A stretch of DNA of 64,000 bases, from positions 16,568,567 through 16,632,566 of the forward strand of contig CM120649.1 in assembly GCA_051362555.1 (NCBI GenBank). The letters are read 5' to 3'. Source of the DNA: Lingula anatina. Lineage: Eukaryota > Animalia > Brachiopoda. The notes under the pieces were generated by a model, which saw only the letters and a program-made list of their open reading frames with translations, was not told the DNA's origin and did no database searches. Positions within the stretch are counted from its first letter, which is position 1; the number at the start of each line of letters is the position of its first letter. Positions 45,601-58,777 of the stretch are shown one piece after another. A program made the position numbers and the translations under genes.

Positions 45601-48198
45601 GGTAGACGAAATTGTTGTTTTTCGTTGCTTAAAACAAAAGGAGTTCGGTTGATATGTTGGTGGGCATAACGGCTATAATAAAATGTACTGGATCCGCACA
45701 TAGCCCTTAAGACGCCGTGTTGTGTTGTGTTGTGTTGTGTTGTGTTGTGTTGTGTTGGATAACAGTTCGTTGAAAACTAAACGGAACATATAACCCAGAA
45801 AACCCAACTTTGATGTAACCTCGACCTCGTCACTGTTGCATGTGCATGCTTGTATATGTTTTAAGTTCCAAAACGAGGCAGTTTGTGGAGAACTTACCTA
45901 AGGCATGGATAATATACGGGTCTCGTATGATATTGAGAAACCTCGAGAGTGTAAATGATTTATTGTCGTCATCAGTACCCTATAAAAAATAAGACATTTG
46001 TAAAGGGACTATATAGACATTCTTATATTGGCGGAAAGGGTGATGATTATTCAAAAGTCAATATCTGTGTCTATTACAAGATCATTAAATATTTCCTAAA
46101 TTCATTCTTACCTACGCCAAGGAGGTTATGTTTTCACCCCCGTTTGTTTGTTTGTTTGTCTGTCTGTCTTTCTGTCTGTCTGTCATCAACATAACTCAAA
46201 AAGTTATGGACCAATTTTGATGAAATTTTCAGGAACTGTCAGAAGTGGGTCAAGGAACAGATTATTAGTTTTTGGTGGTGATCCGGATCAATTATCAATC
46301 AATAATCAATTAATAATCAATAATCAAAATAAAAAAAAAAAATCATTACTAGTATAGAATGAAAATCTAGGGGTGAAACGGCATTGGATGGAGACTTTGC
46401 TGCCTTGGCGGAGGTCTGCGCTCTCGGAGTGCTTTTCTAGTTTCAACATGTTTTGACAGTTTTAAGCATTCAATTTTGTTAAAGCTCTATAGCTTTACAC
46501 CCAAACCCAATACAGAGGTGCAAATAAGGTTCATAAAATTCAGTCAGCAACAGAAAACCTTGTTTCCTATTGCACCAAGTACTTGAGCAAGATGAAACTT
46601 TCTTTCCAGTTTTCTGGGGAACATACGTTACATAGTATTGGCCATGACGCAAAGCCCCTTGAGTTACAGTTTAAATATTCATAAAAACATCCTTACGTCA
46701 TATATTATTTACCATGCCTGAATCACTACAAAATATGTCGGAACACGATATAAAAATTAAAATTTTATGACCTGGAACATGCGTTATCGGAACATACGCT
46801 ACAATTTAGACACCTTACGTAATGTATAGACATGGTAAAAATTTAATGTGGAGGTAAAATTGAGACAGCTTTGGATATTTGTTCTATACCCATTTATGTT
46901 TAAAAAACTGAATACTATTTCGAATACATTCAATTTCATTTGTTGATACTTCGCGAATGTGAAATGCACCTCTTTATTGATTTTGGAAGTTAAGGGAATA
47001 ACTGAATGAACTAATGCCCTTGAAAAGGGCCTTTTTTCCTAGATAACAGTGATTCATACGACAACAAGTCTTACCTCCGCTGTGGGGCAAACAACCAGCA
47101 AACGTAGCCCTAAGTTAGACGAGAGAAAACAAAAGAATTCTTAAAGTTCCAAGAACGCATTTTGCAGTCCGATTAAGATGTTACGACTGCAAAATTAAAG
47201 AAATGAATAACAATGTTATTGTGAGATGATATTTTATTTTTTGAGATATCTATTGCATTATATTATATTATATTATATTATATTATATTATATTATATTA
47301 TATTATATTATATTATATTATATTATTATCCCTACCTGCGTCAAAACATTTGAGACCTCCCTGTAGAAGAAAAGGCGCCAGTCTGCCCAATAGCTGATAT
47401 AACACACTGCCCATGGAGTACCCACCTAAAATAGGTGATTTTATGGAAAACTGAATAATTATCTAATAAATTTAAGTAATTAACGATAAATAATACTTAA
47501 ATTGTTTTATTATTAACTGTCAAAAAAAAAAAAAAAAAAAAAAAAACACCTCAATATAGCTTGCGTTTTATTGTCTTTTTTAATATATCGACTGGAAATA
47601 AAATTCTTTATTTGCTTTATCCTTGTGATCGACTTCTCCCCCCTAACAACCCACAAAAAAAACAAGAGTTCATCTACATTCATTTTTTTACTATATGCAA
47701 TCACAGATATGTCTCTGGCTAATTCTATGGAAATTTTCTCTACTTTATCTAGCGAGAATTTATGTATGGAATTATCTTCACTCCTTATCATGGCTCTAAT
47801 AAAGAGTAGGATTTACCAGTGAAGTTAGCCATGCGATACAAACTACGTACCTAGCATCCCAACTGCATACCCTCCAAATGCCACTGCAAACGCTTTTGTC
47901 CTTTCCTTTTTATCTTTGAATCTTTCAGCAAGTAACGTCACGGCTACAATGGAATGTTGCAGAAAAACAGTTGCGTTACAAAGTGAACGTCATTTTTTGT
48001 TTGGAATGTTAATTGCGGGAGCTCCCATTAAATATGAACGCGTACATCAGCTGGCGTGCGTGCGTAGTGTGTGTGTGTGTGTGTGTGTGCGTGCGTAGTG
48101 TGTGTGTGTGTGCGTGCGTAGTGTGTGTGTGTGTGTGCGTAGTGTGTGCGTAGTGTTTGTGTGTGTGTGTGTGTATGTGTGTGTGTGTGTGTGTAAGA

Positions 48199-48244
<46 letters not shown>

Positions 48245-51200
48245 AGAGAGAGTCTAGGGAGAGAGGAAGAGAGAGAGATTTGGTCATTAAAAGTAGACAA
48301 AATGAATCGTTGAACAACTTAAGACTACTAGCGTATCGTAGGGCTCAGATTGAAATAAATATCAAAGAAGTAAACATGATAAGGGGATGTTGGTTCACGT
48401 ACCAGCAACATATGTGATACTGGACCCCAGACCCTGTACCATGCGTATCAGAATCAGCAGAGGGAATGGTTTTACAAATGCAAAAGCTGAAAATGAAACC
48501 ACCATTAAATTATTCCGAAATTACCATTCACTTTGAATACAAAAATAGGTTTCTAGCTATAATGCTATTCACACAGTGGGCAAAAACCAACGAAATCAGA
48601 GGGAATTCTATAAATATTAAGGAAAACCTCACAATCAAACCGATAAAATGTGTAAATATTATAAACAGCACTCGCAACTGCTTCAAGCATACAAAAAAAA
48701 TGTTTAAATTTGAATAAAAAAAATTACCTATCGTTGCTGCGGCATCTAGAACACACCCAACCAGCAGAGGAGACTTGTGGCCAAACCTTAAAGATGATTT
48801 AAATATCTGAATGAGAAACAGTATTGGAGTATATGCACGATTTCATCATGTCGTGACTCCACTCTTCCTTCCACCGTTTCATCCATCCATCTATTTATTC
48901 TGTAGGTTAGTGTTTCCATTAGTCACTAGACAGATGTAAGTCAGTCAGTCACTTAGATAGTCAGTCAGTAAGTCAGACAGATGTCAGTCAGTCACTTAGT
49001 CGGTCAGTCACTTAGTCAGTAAGTCAGACAGTTGTCAGTCTTTACAGTCAGTCACTTATCGCGTTCGGCGTCGACGAGTTCAAATTTGATAGTTTATATT
49101 ATACTCGAAAAGGGGCCTAAATGTAGAAGCGAGGACAGTGTTTAAGGGAGAAATATATATTTATATTTTCGAAACTGTGTGCTAGGACATCCCCAGAATA
49201 ACCCCTTCCCCCTCCTTCGATCAATCAGTTGCTATAGGTCGCATTCACATAGTGGACTAACTGGTCCGCAGATCAAATATGGCTGACCCACTTTTATGCT
49301 TATTGCGTAATGGCCACGGGGGACCTATTAAGTATTAGAGGAGGAAAAGACGGAAAGCTTTTAAGTGGGTCGCCATTTCTGATCCGCGGACTGGTTAGTC
49401 CACTGTCCTAAATTTGGAAAAATAGATTCATAAACTTGCCTGCCAACCACGATCCCGACCAGCGGCCTCACCGCTATCTCCACTGCAAACTTGACTGCCA
49501 GCAACACTCCGCCTTTGCCAGAGAGGCCTTCTATCTTAGGGACCTCCCTGCCACCCCCAGGGACGGCCGCACCACCCCCAGAGACCGCCACGACACTGGA
49601 GGTACTTGGAGCGGTTTGACAGCTGGTCGTTGGATCTTCGTCGTCTTCCATTAGAAGGCAGGGGAGGATGGCTTCTGCAATAAGTAAATAAATAAATAAA
49701 TAAAGGATAATAATGAAAATCTTGCAAATATACAGACGCCGTGTCCTTGACACACTGGAAGAACTTATTTTAACATTAATGCAATAGAATAATATAAATA
49801 TGCAAATATTTAAAGATATCGTAATAATATAATTAGTACTAGATCAAGACATATTTAAACTAAGCATTTTATTTACTTGTCCGCTGAGTAAAATTTGACG
49901 CTTGACAAACTTAATAAATCATCTGTTACTCCGCGCTCGCGACCCCTTGGAGAACGCATTTTTGCCCACGCGCAATATGTGACAAAAATCATCTGCAATA
50001 TAAAATTCATGGACAAGGATGTATGATTTTGTGTTCATTATCAAATAATAAATTTAAAAGGGTTGAGCGTGGGCCAAAATTTGTTCGCAAGCGGTTACAA
50101 GGCCGATAATACAGGGCTTAGATAAGAAGTGTATGTACATGTATTTTGATATTGCAAGATTCTCTTCATCAGTTTATCTGATAAATAAACTACTGTTTAT
50201 CATTTTATAGCCTGGCATTACTTTTTTATGTATCAATTGTAGGTAATGGACAACGTGTTCTAACAAAACGCTTATTTAACTTGTATAAACAAACTTTCAT
50301 ATAAGACATTTCTTTTATATCTCATCTAACGTATCTATAAAGTGCAATACCAAATGTCTCTATATTGGATAAAGACGTTTTCCCCAAAAAAGAACAGTTA
50401 AAGGTAAAAATTGAAAAACGATTTCGTGTCTCAACGAAATGCCAATTAACTATTAATACTTTTTATTAATTAAAACTTCGTCTAATTTGATATTTTTGAC
50501 TAAATACAATTTTTTTCAGGGATCAATTCCCATGCCAACATTGAGACTTTCAACTGTCTCATATTTTCTAATGTCCTTTCGAAGCTGCAAATTTACATAA
50601 CTCTTACAGTTGACTTATGACAACGGCATTGGTATTCAATTTGCAATATATAAAATCCATGGTATGATGATTCCGTATTCAAAGCCACAGTAATTTAATG
50701 ATCAAAATGTCGCACCTTGAAGTAATTAACGATGTGGCAACTATAACCCCTCGGGTTCTCCCCTGTCCAGTTAAAAGATTAATAGTGTTTCAACAACAGC
50801 AGCAACTAAACGTTTTATTTGTACATGTTAAATCAATTAACATTTTTGCCACAAAAATGCACAAATGTAGTGTGATCGTGGCGCTATACGCTTTGTTCGG
50901 TCTTAAGAATGGCTTTCGGTGAAATGCGAGCACTTAGACTCCGTTCACATGAAAAATCTATTTTCTAAAAATCTATTTTCTATTCGCGGTATCTTGTGAT
51001 CACTCCGAGCGCAGCCGAGAATTAATTACAGCTTTGGAAGTAACTGGCTCGCGCTGCCAGTAATTACGCCGCAGGTTATTCAGGGCACAGACCGTGATCA
51101 CAAGATACCGCGAATAGAAAATAGATTTTTAGAAAATAGACTTTCTATGTGAACGAAGCCTTAATCTCGGTACAGGTGTTCATACATAAAATGTAACACA

Positions 51201-51794
51201 ACCACCCTCTCGCGATAAATGTTTCGAACACCTCTCACGGATGCTCGAGGTTATCTGGCACATAGCACGCTGGTGACAACTAGGATAGAAAATATTTTGG
51301 GTCCTTGGTAATACGCTACTCAACGGAGGGTAATACATTGTATTAACAAGTACCGCCATCCCCACCATCCATACATTCGTTCATCACAAATGGCAATTAT
51401 TCAGGTTCTTTTTAGCTGTCGTTTTTCACTTATTCTAATCGCTTCTTAGCCTTCTAATCTTCTATTATCACTTAACTTCATGATCACTTAGCCTTATGGT
51501 CATTTAGCCTTATGATCACTTAACTTCATGGTCACTTAGCCTTATTTAATATGATCACTTACCCAAGGTTGCCGACAGGCTGGTTTGGAGCGCCAGGGAC
51601 ACGAACACCACGGCTATGACCAACCCCTGGGAACGCCGGAAAGCCTGCCATTTGTCTCTTGCTGACACCGGTCTGGTCTCGTCCTCTGGCGGCCATTCCA
51701 GTAACCAAATATCATTCACAGGACCCGCGCCGTGCCCCCCTTGGATATTTTGTTCTGGTATTTCACTGTATCTATCAGTCTCATTGTCCGACAT
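42499..51794 (-). CDS. SLC18/VMAT-like MFS transporter, copy A, 15 coding exons, ~501 aa
   Basis: Exons 51794-51563, 49674-49440 (GC donor), 48786-48728, 48486-48403, 47943-47851, 47425-47336, 47109-47075, 45979-45898, 45367-45275, 44642-44564, 44038-43987, 43683-43500, 43239-43194, 42875-42788, 42552-42499 (1506 nt in frame). VMAT-like motifs RRSQGLVIAVVF, IRMVQGLGSS, ER.KA...A.GG.A.G.L.G...GSVLY...GR.APFL, DPYII and an acidic tail PSDEE*. Confidence 0.88.
44278..44427. mobile_element. Palindromic MITE (TIR ...AACAGATCCGCGGATCAAATATGGCCGACCC), copy 1
   Basis: Perfect ~30-bp inverted arms; homologous copy at 49250-49405; not seen in the paralogous intron of unit B. Confidence 0.75.
46108..46442 (+). 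mobile_element. Non-autonomous Helentron/Helitron2 (HINE/DINE-1-like) element
   Basis: 5' TTACCTACGCCAAGG with subterminal inverse CCTTGGCGGAGGT, (GTTT)n(GTCT)n microsatellite, 3' hairpin GCGCTCTCGGAGTGC then TTTTCTAGTT, inserted in a T-rich site; absent from unit B. Confidence 0.8.
47257..47325. repeat. (TATTA)n microsatellite (paralogue at 62841-62893)
   Basis: Direct reading. Confidence 0.95.
48055..48240. repeat. (GT)n/(GA)n compound microsatellite
   Basis: Direct reading; source of the THTH/SLSL ORFs; shorter paralogue at 63628-63697. Confidence 0.95.
48925..49058. repeat. (CAGT)n-based satellite
   Basis: AGTCAGTCAGTCACTTAG-type units. Confidence 0.85.
49250..49405. mobile_element. 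Palindromic MITE, copy 2 of the 44278 family
   Basis: AGTGGACTAACTGGTCCGCAGATCAAATATGGCTGACCCAC.../...GTGGGTCGCCATTTCTGATCCGCGGACTGGTTAGTCCACTG. Confidence 0.75.
50937..51160. mobile_element. Tourist/Harbinger-type MITE with ~65-bp TIRs and TTA TSD
   Basis: TTA|GACTCCGTTCACAT...CTATTCGCGGTATCTTGTGATCAC // GTGATCACAAGATACCGCGAATAG...ATGTGAACGAAGCC|TTA. Confidence 0.85.
51468..51562. repeat. 16-bp minisatellite ending in a splice donor
   Basis: ATGATCACTTAGCCTT-type units; the last unit is the real donor ATGATCACTTAC. Confidence 0.75.
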
Positions 51795-53143
51795 AACGGT
51801 CAATACCGAGCTACTGTCTGTACCAGCTGTGTTGTTTCTGCATATATGATAAAATATGGTATTATATATTAACTGCAACTTAATTGTAAACGTAAACACA
51901 AACCGGCACAGTTGTCAAACATGGGTACTAGCAGTGCACCGGAAAATGAGGTCTTTCTAAACCCCAGCGACACGAGTGATTCTTCACAGTGATTAAGCAG
52001 ATGAGAATCAGACTTGCTAGACTAGCGATCTGCGTTTATCATCATTTAACAAGATGGCTTCACGCTCATTTCATATATATATAGATTATCATCTATGACA
52101 GTCTGTCAAGGATTCCTATGTGTTGGTATGCAATGGGGTTGCTTTCACGTAAAAAGGATAGGTTTGTCTTCTTATAACAAACAACTGTGTGTTTCCAAAC
52201 ATGCCTGTGTATTTTTTAACTTTTTAATTCCTAGCTGAAAACAATACTAAAACAGAGCTTAAATCTGGGACACGGACATGCCAGGCTGTTTAACAGCTGT
52301 GCATTGTGGAAAAGAATAGTATTGTCATGTTTTTTGGTCATCTCATTAATCATCTACGGCACACACACACACACTAGAGAAAAACAAAAAATGCTCTTCG
52401 TCGCAAATTTTGACGCGTGAAGAAAACGATTTGTTGTGCATAACTATCGTTTCCGGTTTCAACCTCAGTGCAAAGTATGATCTCCCATACACGCTGTAAA
52501 GGCCCGGTCACACTGACGAGAGGATGAATTAAGGATACAAATTTTCTTGGGATTCGGGCCTTCGTTGGTCATCAGCAACAGAATTGACCAAAAATGATAA
52601 ATTTTCCGCAATAGTGCGCTGATAAGAACAGTATGAATTACAAACATATCAATAATGTATTGTATTTGTATCACAAATAAAAGTGGATGCCATTGCATAT
52701 GTTCTCAAATCAGACGCAAATCAGACTCAACAGAAACTCTTCAATCCTGATAAATCCGTAATATTAGAAATATATTATTTTAGTTCCTGACATGGACTTG
52801 ATATGAGCGCTCTACATACGGTTAACATATGTGTAGTGAAACATTAATAACACTGATAAGTTTAAATTTGCATGTATGTGATTTGCATATTTGTTTAATT
52901 GTTTAATTTATACAGATGTATTTATTTGACATCTTGCATGTAGTGAACCAGTAATAGAACTGATAGTTAGATTTCCATGTATATAATTTGCATATTTATG
53001 CAATTTAAATGTATCTAAAATTAAGTTTTAATTAATTCAGATGTATTTAAGCATGACAAGTTGATACCGCCAGTTATAGAAGATAGTTTGGAATGCAAAT
53101 TAGGATCAGGTATAAAAGAGGCGCCAGAGCCACAGAGAGGGAG

Positions 53144-53203
<60 letters not shown>

Positions 53204-53238
53204 ACATATAATAGAGACATATATATATATGTCTCTAT

Positions 53239-53285
<47 letters not shown>

Positions 53286-54069
53286 AGTTTACTGTCAATT
53301 AAATAAACCATGTAGAAGAGAACTACACCTGCCTGCCCCAGTTGTCTTATTGGTGATGGAGAAATCTATGAACCTGAATATAACCAACCGGCTGGTTATT
53401 ACAATACTCGATTATGAGTACACTGAGTGTATTATAGTTAGAACCCCAGATCGGACTGGTCTGAGCCGCGGACACTGGGAGGGGAAGACCGGTGTCACGA
53501 AACTGAGGGTCCGTGTGACAGAAAGTTCGCCCTCCATATAGTTATAATGGTTCGGGTCAGCCTGACCTAAATGGGTCAAAATCTAGTGCGCGTCTCAACT
53601 GTACAAAGTAATGAGCAGCGGACTCTCTGTCACGGGGGACTTTCTGGTACATGACACCGGGCTAGGTCACCTATTTGCCAAGGATTTATTTCTGTGCCGT
53701 CCTCTCATTACCGTCATGGTTGGTAGGTGGTCAGGGCTCATTTATCAGATAAATGATTTTCTAAAAAGCACGCACTTGTTTCAAAGGCTGATAAATGAAA
53801 ATCATCAAAAATTATTATATGGCCAAAAAAAAAGAAATGATTTTTCTTAATGATTTTGTCAACGGACACTGGAATGACTAATGAGTCTGGTTTTCTTGAT
53901 TACCGAAAATGCTGCATAACATTCTAGATGAAGGATGCACATACTTTACAACGTGAACAATAGGGTTGGCGCTCGTCATAACTGGGAACCGAAGCGCCAA
54001 CTTGCGGTGATTACGAAAAACCAAAGCATAATGGCAGCGTCAAAATCTGTTTCCACAAGGTGAGAACTT

Positions 54070-54113
<44 letters not shown>

Positions 54114-54848
54114 TAGTTTGAAGATATTTTAGAGCTTCAGAAAGGTTGTGACCACAAAGCAATAGTTCGGAAGACTAAATGACTGCATAGTTGTTTTTTT
54201 TTACTTCAAAATATGTAGTTTTTTGCAGCAAATTGATTCGCAGTCTAGTTAATTAATCAATGTAATGTATCATTGAATTTTCATAATAAGTATTCAAAAT
54301 GATATTTCCTGAATTATTTAGTGCCACCTACTTGCTGCAGTCCTAGACTGAGGCAAAATAAAACCAGAATATACATTAGAACACGATATTATTAAATTTA
54401 TTAACTACACATAATCGACTTAACATTTTGAGCGTAATAACATTTAAATTAGCCACAAAAATAAAAGATCAATTGTGATTTAATGTATACTTTATTTTAA
54501 ATTAGCAAATATAAGGATGTCACACATAGTAAAATTTACGTACTAGGTCTTTAAAATTTTTTTACAAATAAAAAGTATATCATTTAACATATATCGACTT
54601 CATGTGTTAAACAACCATATTTTATACTCTTTTTTTTTTTTTTTTGGTTTAACAATTTTTATATCGAAATGCTCCAAATTTACACTAGCTGTTATTTAGT
54701 GAAAAAAAGGCGTAAATATCATCCAGTTTTTCACTGGGAGGTTCACCAAGGGTCCACCGAGGGGAAAACGCGTGAAAACTGGCCGGCGGGGACCACGGAC
54801 ACAGTGTTAAAATATGTGTTCAAAGTCTATTGTTAACTTAACAACCAC

Positions 54849-56747
54849 TCATAATTCAAATGATTTAATCACGCCTTCTTTTTCCGCAACCACCAATTTT
54901 CCAAGATGGTTTATAGCAACATCTTTCGGTTGGTGTAGTCCATTTTCTTTGCTTAAAAGAAAACATTTCAATTTCCCATCCGGTGACACCAGGTGTAGAC
55001 GATTGTTCCCGAAGTCGGTTAGAATTATGTCTCCATTATCCAAGCAGCATGTGCCGAGTGGAATGTTCACCTGTTCGTCCCCATCACCCTGGGTACCATA
55101 TCTGTATTTAAGCTGGAGAGTGGAATCGTATACACGCATGCGATCTCCTGTGACGATGACGTCATCATTCACGTTACAGTGGATGTATTTCTGATATTTA
55201 CCCCCTGGGTCTGATGTCGTCTGAAGGATTTTGCCATCCTTGTGGTGCACAGTCAGAGTATAACGACCTGCCACTACATAGTGACCCTTGCTGTTAACCG
55301 CTACTGCTTCTGGTGACTTACTGCGGAAGTTCCTTACCTTGTTCCCTCTCTTGGTGTAGACGATGATTTCATTTGACGTTTGACAGCTAGTGACGATGTT
55401 ACCATCATCATCAATGGCAATCCCACCAAATGCGTTATTTTTTACTGCTCTTGGGTTTGGAATTGTGCCCTGTAGGGCGAAGGTGGTATCGTAGATGTGG
55501 ATTCTATTCCGTGATTTGTCCTCATTACACCAAATTCCAATGAGGGTGTCACCATTTGCACCAGTGGTGACGTGATTGATAAATTCCTTAGGAGACATAG
55601 TAAGTTCTACTTTGAATGATCTCACTAGTCTTCCACTCGCAGCAGGAACCACGTCTCCAAAGCAACTGTTGATATTGGTAACGCACTCCTCCATGTCCTG
55701 GGTGATAAGCTGTAGCTGGGTCAAAGCTGCTGGCAGTTTCGGGATGTCGAGGGACTGCAGGGCGCCCTCATTGCTTTGCTCACAGGCGGCCACCATTTGC
55801 AGGACATCCTTATCGTTCCCATGGTTTATAAGCTTTCTCGAGAAGTCGACAACGTCGTTCAGTTGGTTTTGTTCGGTTGTAGCAGTTGCAAATAAAGTAT
55901 TTAAAACCTCTAGTTTGGCATTCGACATGGTATCTATTTCTTCCAGAAGATCCCCGGCACGTTGACGGGCCATCTTAATAACTAGCTCCAACTGCTTGTT
56001 AACTTGACTCTTTGACTTCATTCTTTCCTGCTCTACTGCTGTTTTCTGGTCTACAGCAGCGGTTTTGATCTGATCGTAGAGTAGACTTCTCTTTTCGATG
56101 GACCTCACGTGGAGTTCTAGTTTTTCCTTGCGTTTGACGGCAGCAGATTTTAATCTTAGGCAATCATGCTCTTTGTGTTCCAAAAACATGCAAGTGGCGC
56201 AGATGTACTTTTTACACACTGAGCAGAATATTTCTACGGGGTCCTTGTTGTTGTGGTCACAAAGGACGTTTTGTCGGGCATGCAGCTCTTTCGCGTATTC
56301 GTCGCTGTCAAACTGGTCGACAGGAAACAGTTTGTGGTCACGATTTAACTTATGAAGTACATGCTCCGAAGAGCAATCGCCACACATACTTTCCTCACAG
56401 TCCAAACAACGTTTTGTTGCCGATGGTGGATTCTGGGCTTTTTTCAGACAACATACCTCGCATTTCTTGGCGTTTTTTGCCTTTTCTACTTGACCAAGTG
56501 TGTGTGATATGCTGACCAGAAGGTGGTTTGTTTGTAAACTGCTAACACCGCCCCTAGGGAGGTCCCATTGACGTCTACAGATAGGACAAGGGAAGCGAGG
56601 CTGACCTCGGAAATTTCTGTCCAAATGGTCTTGGAGGCAATGCTGGCAAAAGGTATGTGTACAGCCGAGGACCTTGGGGTCCTTGAACTTTTCAAGGCAT
56701 ATGCTGCACGTTAGGTAATCTTCCGTTAAGATTTTGGACAAAGACAT
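54849..56747 (-). CDS. TRIM-NHL E3 ligase, single coding exon, copy B
   Basis: Same architecture as 38439-40343; ATG at 56747 (MSLSKILTEDYLTCSIC); intact ORF. Confidence 0.92.
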   Translation of the reverse strand: MSLSKILTEDYLTCSICLEKFKDPKVLGCTHTFCQHCLQDHLDRNFRGQPRFPCPICRRQWDLPRGGVSSLQTNHLLVSISHTLGQVEKAKNAKKCEVCCLKKAQNPPSATKRCLDCEESMCGDCSSEHVLHKLNRDHKLFPVDQFDSDEYAKELHARQNVLCDHNNKDPVEIFCSVCKKYICATCMFLEHKEHDCLRLKSAAVKRKEKLELHVRSIEKRSLLYDQIKTAAVDQKTAVEQERMKSKSQVNKQLELVIKMARQRAGDLLEEIDTMSNAKLEVLNTLFATATTEQNQLNDVVDFSRKLINHGNDKDVLQMVAACEQSNEGALQSLDIPKLPAALTQLQLITQDMEECVTNINSCFGDVVPAASGRLVRSFKVELTMSPKEFINHVTTGANGDTLIGIWCNEDKSRNRIHIYDTTFALQGTIPNPRAVKNNAFGGIAIDDDGNIVTSCQTSNEIIVYTKRGNKVRNFRSKSPEAVAVNSKGHYVVAGRYTLTVHHKDGKILQTTSDPGGKYQKYIHCNVNDDVIVTGDRMRVYDSTLQLKYRYGTQGDGDEQVNIPLGTCCLDNGDIILTDFGNNRLHLVSPDGKLKCFLLSKENGLHQPKDVAINHLGKLVVAEKEGVIKSFEL

Positions 56748-58560
56748 GGCTCCTGGGACCAATATCTTGAAACAGAAGAATGGAAGACATGGACTAAATG
56801 ATTAAGATTCGGTAATTGAGGTTAACACACACCATGAAGCTAAGTTTAAGTACATATAGTGTAATGTATGAGACTTAATGCTTGGATGAAATAAGGCAAT
56901 TCCCGACACGAAAGACGTGCGGAGGACCCTCAGAATGTGTAAGCCCCTCATTATAAATGTATTATGTATTATATATTACAATACTTTGCACCACTAAGAT
57001 GAGAGTAATAAAGCACGAACACAAAGCTAGATAATTTGAAATAAATAAGTAAATGAAAATAAAAATAAAAATATACATACCATACAGATATGTAATTAAC
57101 ATATTTAATCTATCAACGGAATTATGAAATTAAAAATATTAAAAATATGGGGTTAAAAAATAGAGGTAACCGGAAGATCACTGGTAATTTAAGGACGAAT
57201 AAATACTACACAGATATTGAGAATACCAAACATTCAGAGATAAAAAATAACAGTAAAACCCCACCCAAAATATCAAGGAACAAAAATCATAAATTTCGAA
57301 CTGGGTAACAACGAGTTATGTTTTACCGCCCTACGTATAGACAAAGACTGTATTAATCACCAACAGTGTTGTTTCGAAATTAGAATTACCTCTAAGTCTC
57401 CTTACTCCAGCTATATTTCTCTTGGTGGCAGGTACTCACCCCCAGTCGCCGTTTAGATGTGCTGTCTCTCGTGACATGTAAACCTGGTCAGGTGAGGTGT
57501 TCAATGTTCAAGGAGACTTCAAAGTTATCTTATTCAGCAATTATGGCCCTATCTCTATGTGCACAATAGACATGGTGACACATTTCCTTGTTGTTATCGG
57601 ACTGAATTCACTGATAAAACTGACCTAGCAGCAGGGTTGTATAAAATATATTTAATAAAGCGGTTGTATACCTGTAGATATGTGTACAGTATAACAGTGA
57701 CAAGCGCGAGCCTTTCTACTTAATGTATGGTGGATTAAGCAATAATATTCTGATATTTGAGATTACTTTGACATTTAACAATAATACGCTGTCTTACCGG
57801 TGATTGTATTTAGGTAGACATACAAACGTTCAAATGATTGTATATGTGTTTGTTATTTTTTAACATTTTGGTTTACAATGGGAACAGTACATGAACTCGG
57901 GGTGCTTCAACAGTCGCAATCACGTCTCAACAACCACAATCTGCCCCATATTCGTGCAGTGTCTCCCCTACCGCATTATACCAAGGGCGTTGATTGTACT
58001 ACACACGTCGACGCGTCCTGATTGAGGTTAAATTACATTAAATTAGGCGAAATGAAACGTTTCGTGTTTGATAACTCAAAGTAACACTGTCTACATACCC
58101 CAGTTCTCTTGAAATATTTTGACTGGCTTCCAGAAATCGGTCGAAGATAAAGGGCGTTTAGAATAGTCACTACAAAGGAGTCACTAAGATACTTTCTTAA
58201 TGAGGCTACGTTAGAATTTTGGTGCCCGTCCTTATTTTTGCTTTACTTATTATTATTATCATTATTTGCTGTTTGGTGATTGTATATTTGGCAGCTTTGC
58301 TGTGTATTTCAATGGCTCATTACCTTTTAAGTTTGTTCAAAGTTAGGTTATTTATTGTTTCAGCGATTAGTCAACTGTAATTTATCAATTAATTTTTTGA
58401 ACAGTTCTTCAAAAATAATAGTATCTCCATTTTCACTGTACTTGTCTTTATTCAGTCAAATAAGTTTTTCAATAATTAATTGATATAAAGCAAATGAATG
58501 AAATTGAATGAAAATAAATATATCTATAATAAAGTCAGCATGGCACAGTAGGTATAGCGT

Positions 58561-58604
<44 letters not shown>

Positions 58605-58777
58605 CCACACACGAAGGAAATGTGTTTCATTCCAATTAACTCTATGCAGACAACTTGACTCCTATATTATTGTGTACCTGAGATAATGTTCTAGATTTCA
58701 AATAAAAATGGTGGTAAAGGTAAATGATGTTTAAGAAACGAAATCATATCGGAGCACCGTAAGTTTTTTTAACCCGT

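Noticed and set aside
48009-48417. ORFs rich in TH, SL, ER, CV or YI dipeptides (also 3001, 14930, 17942, 53021, 63599)
   Set aside because: Translations of microsatellites.
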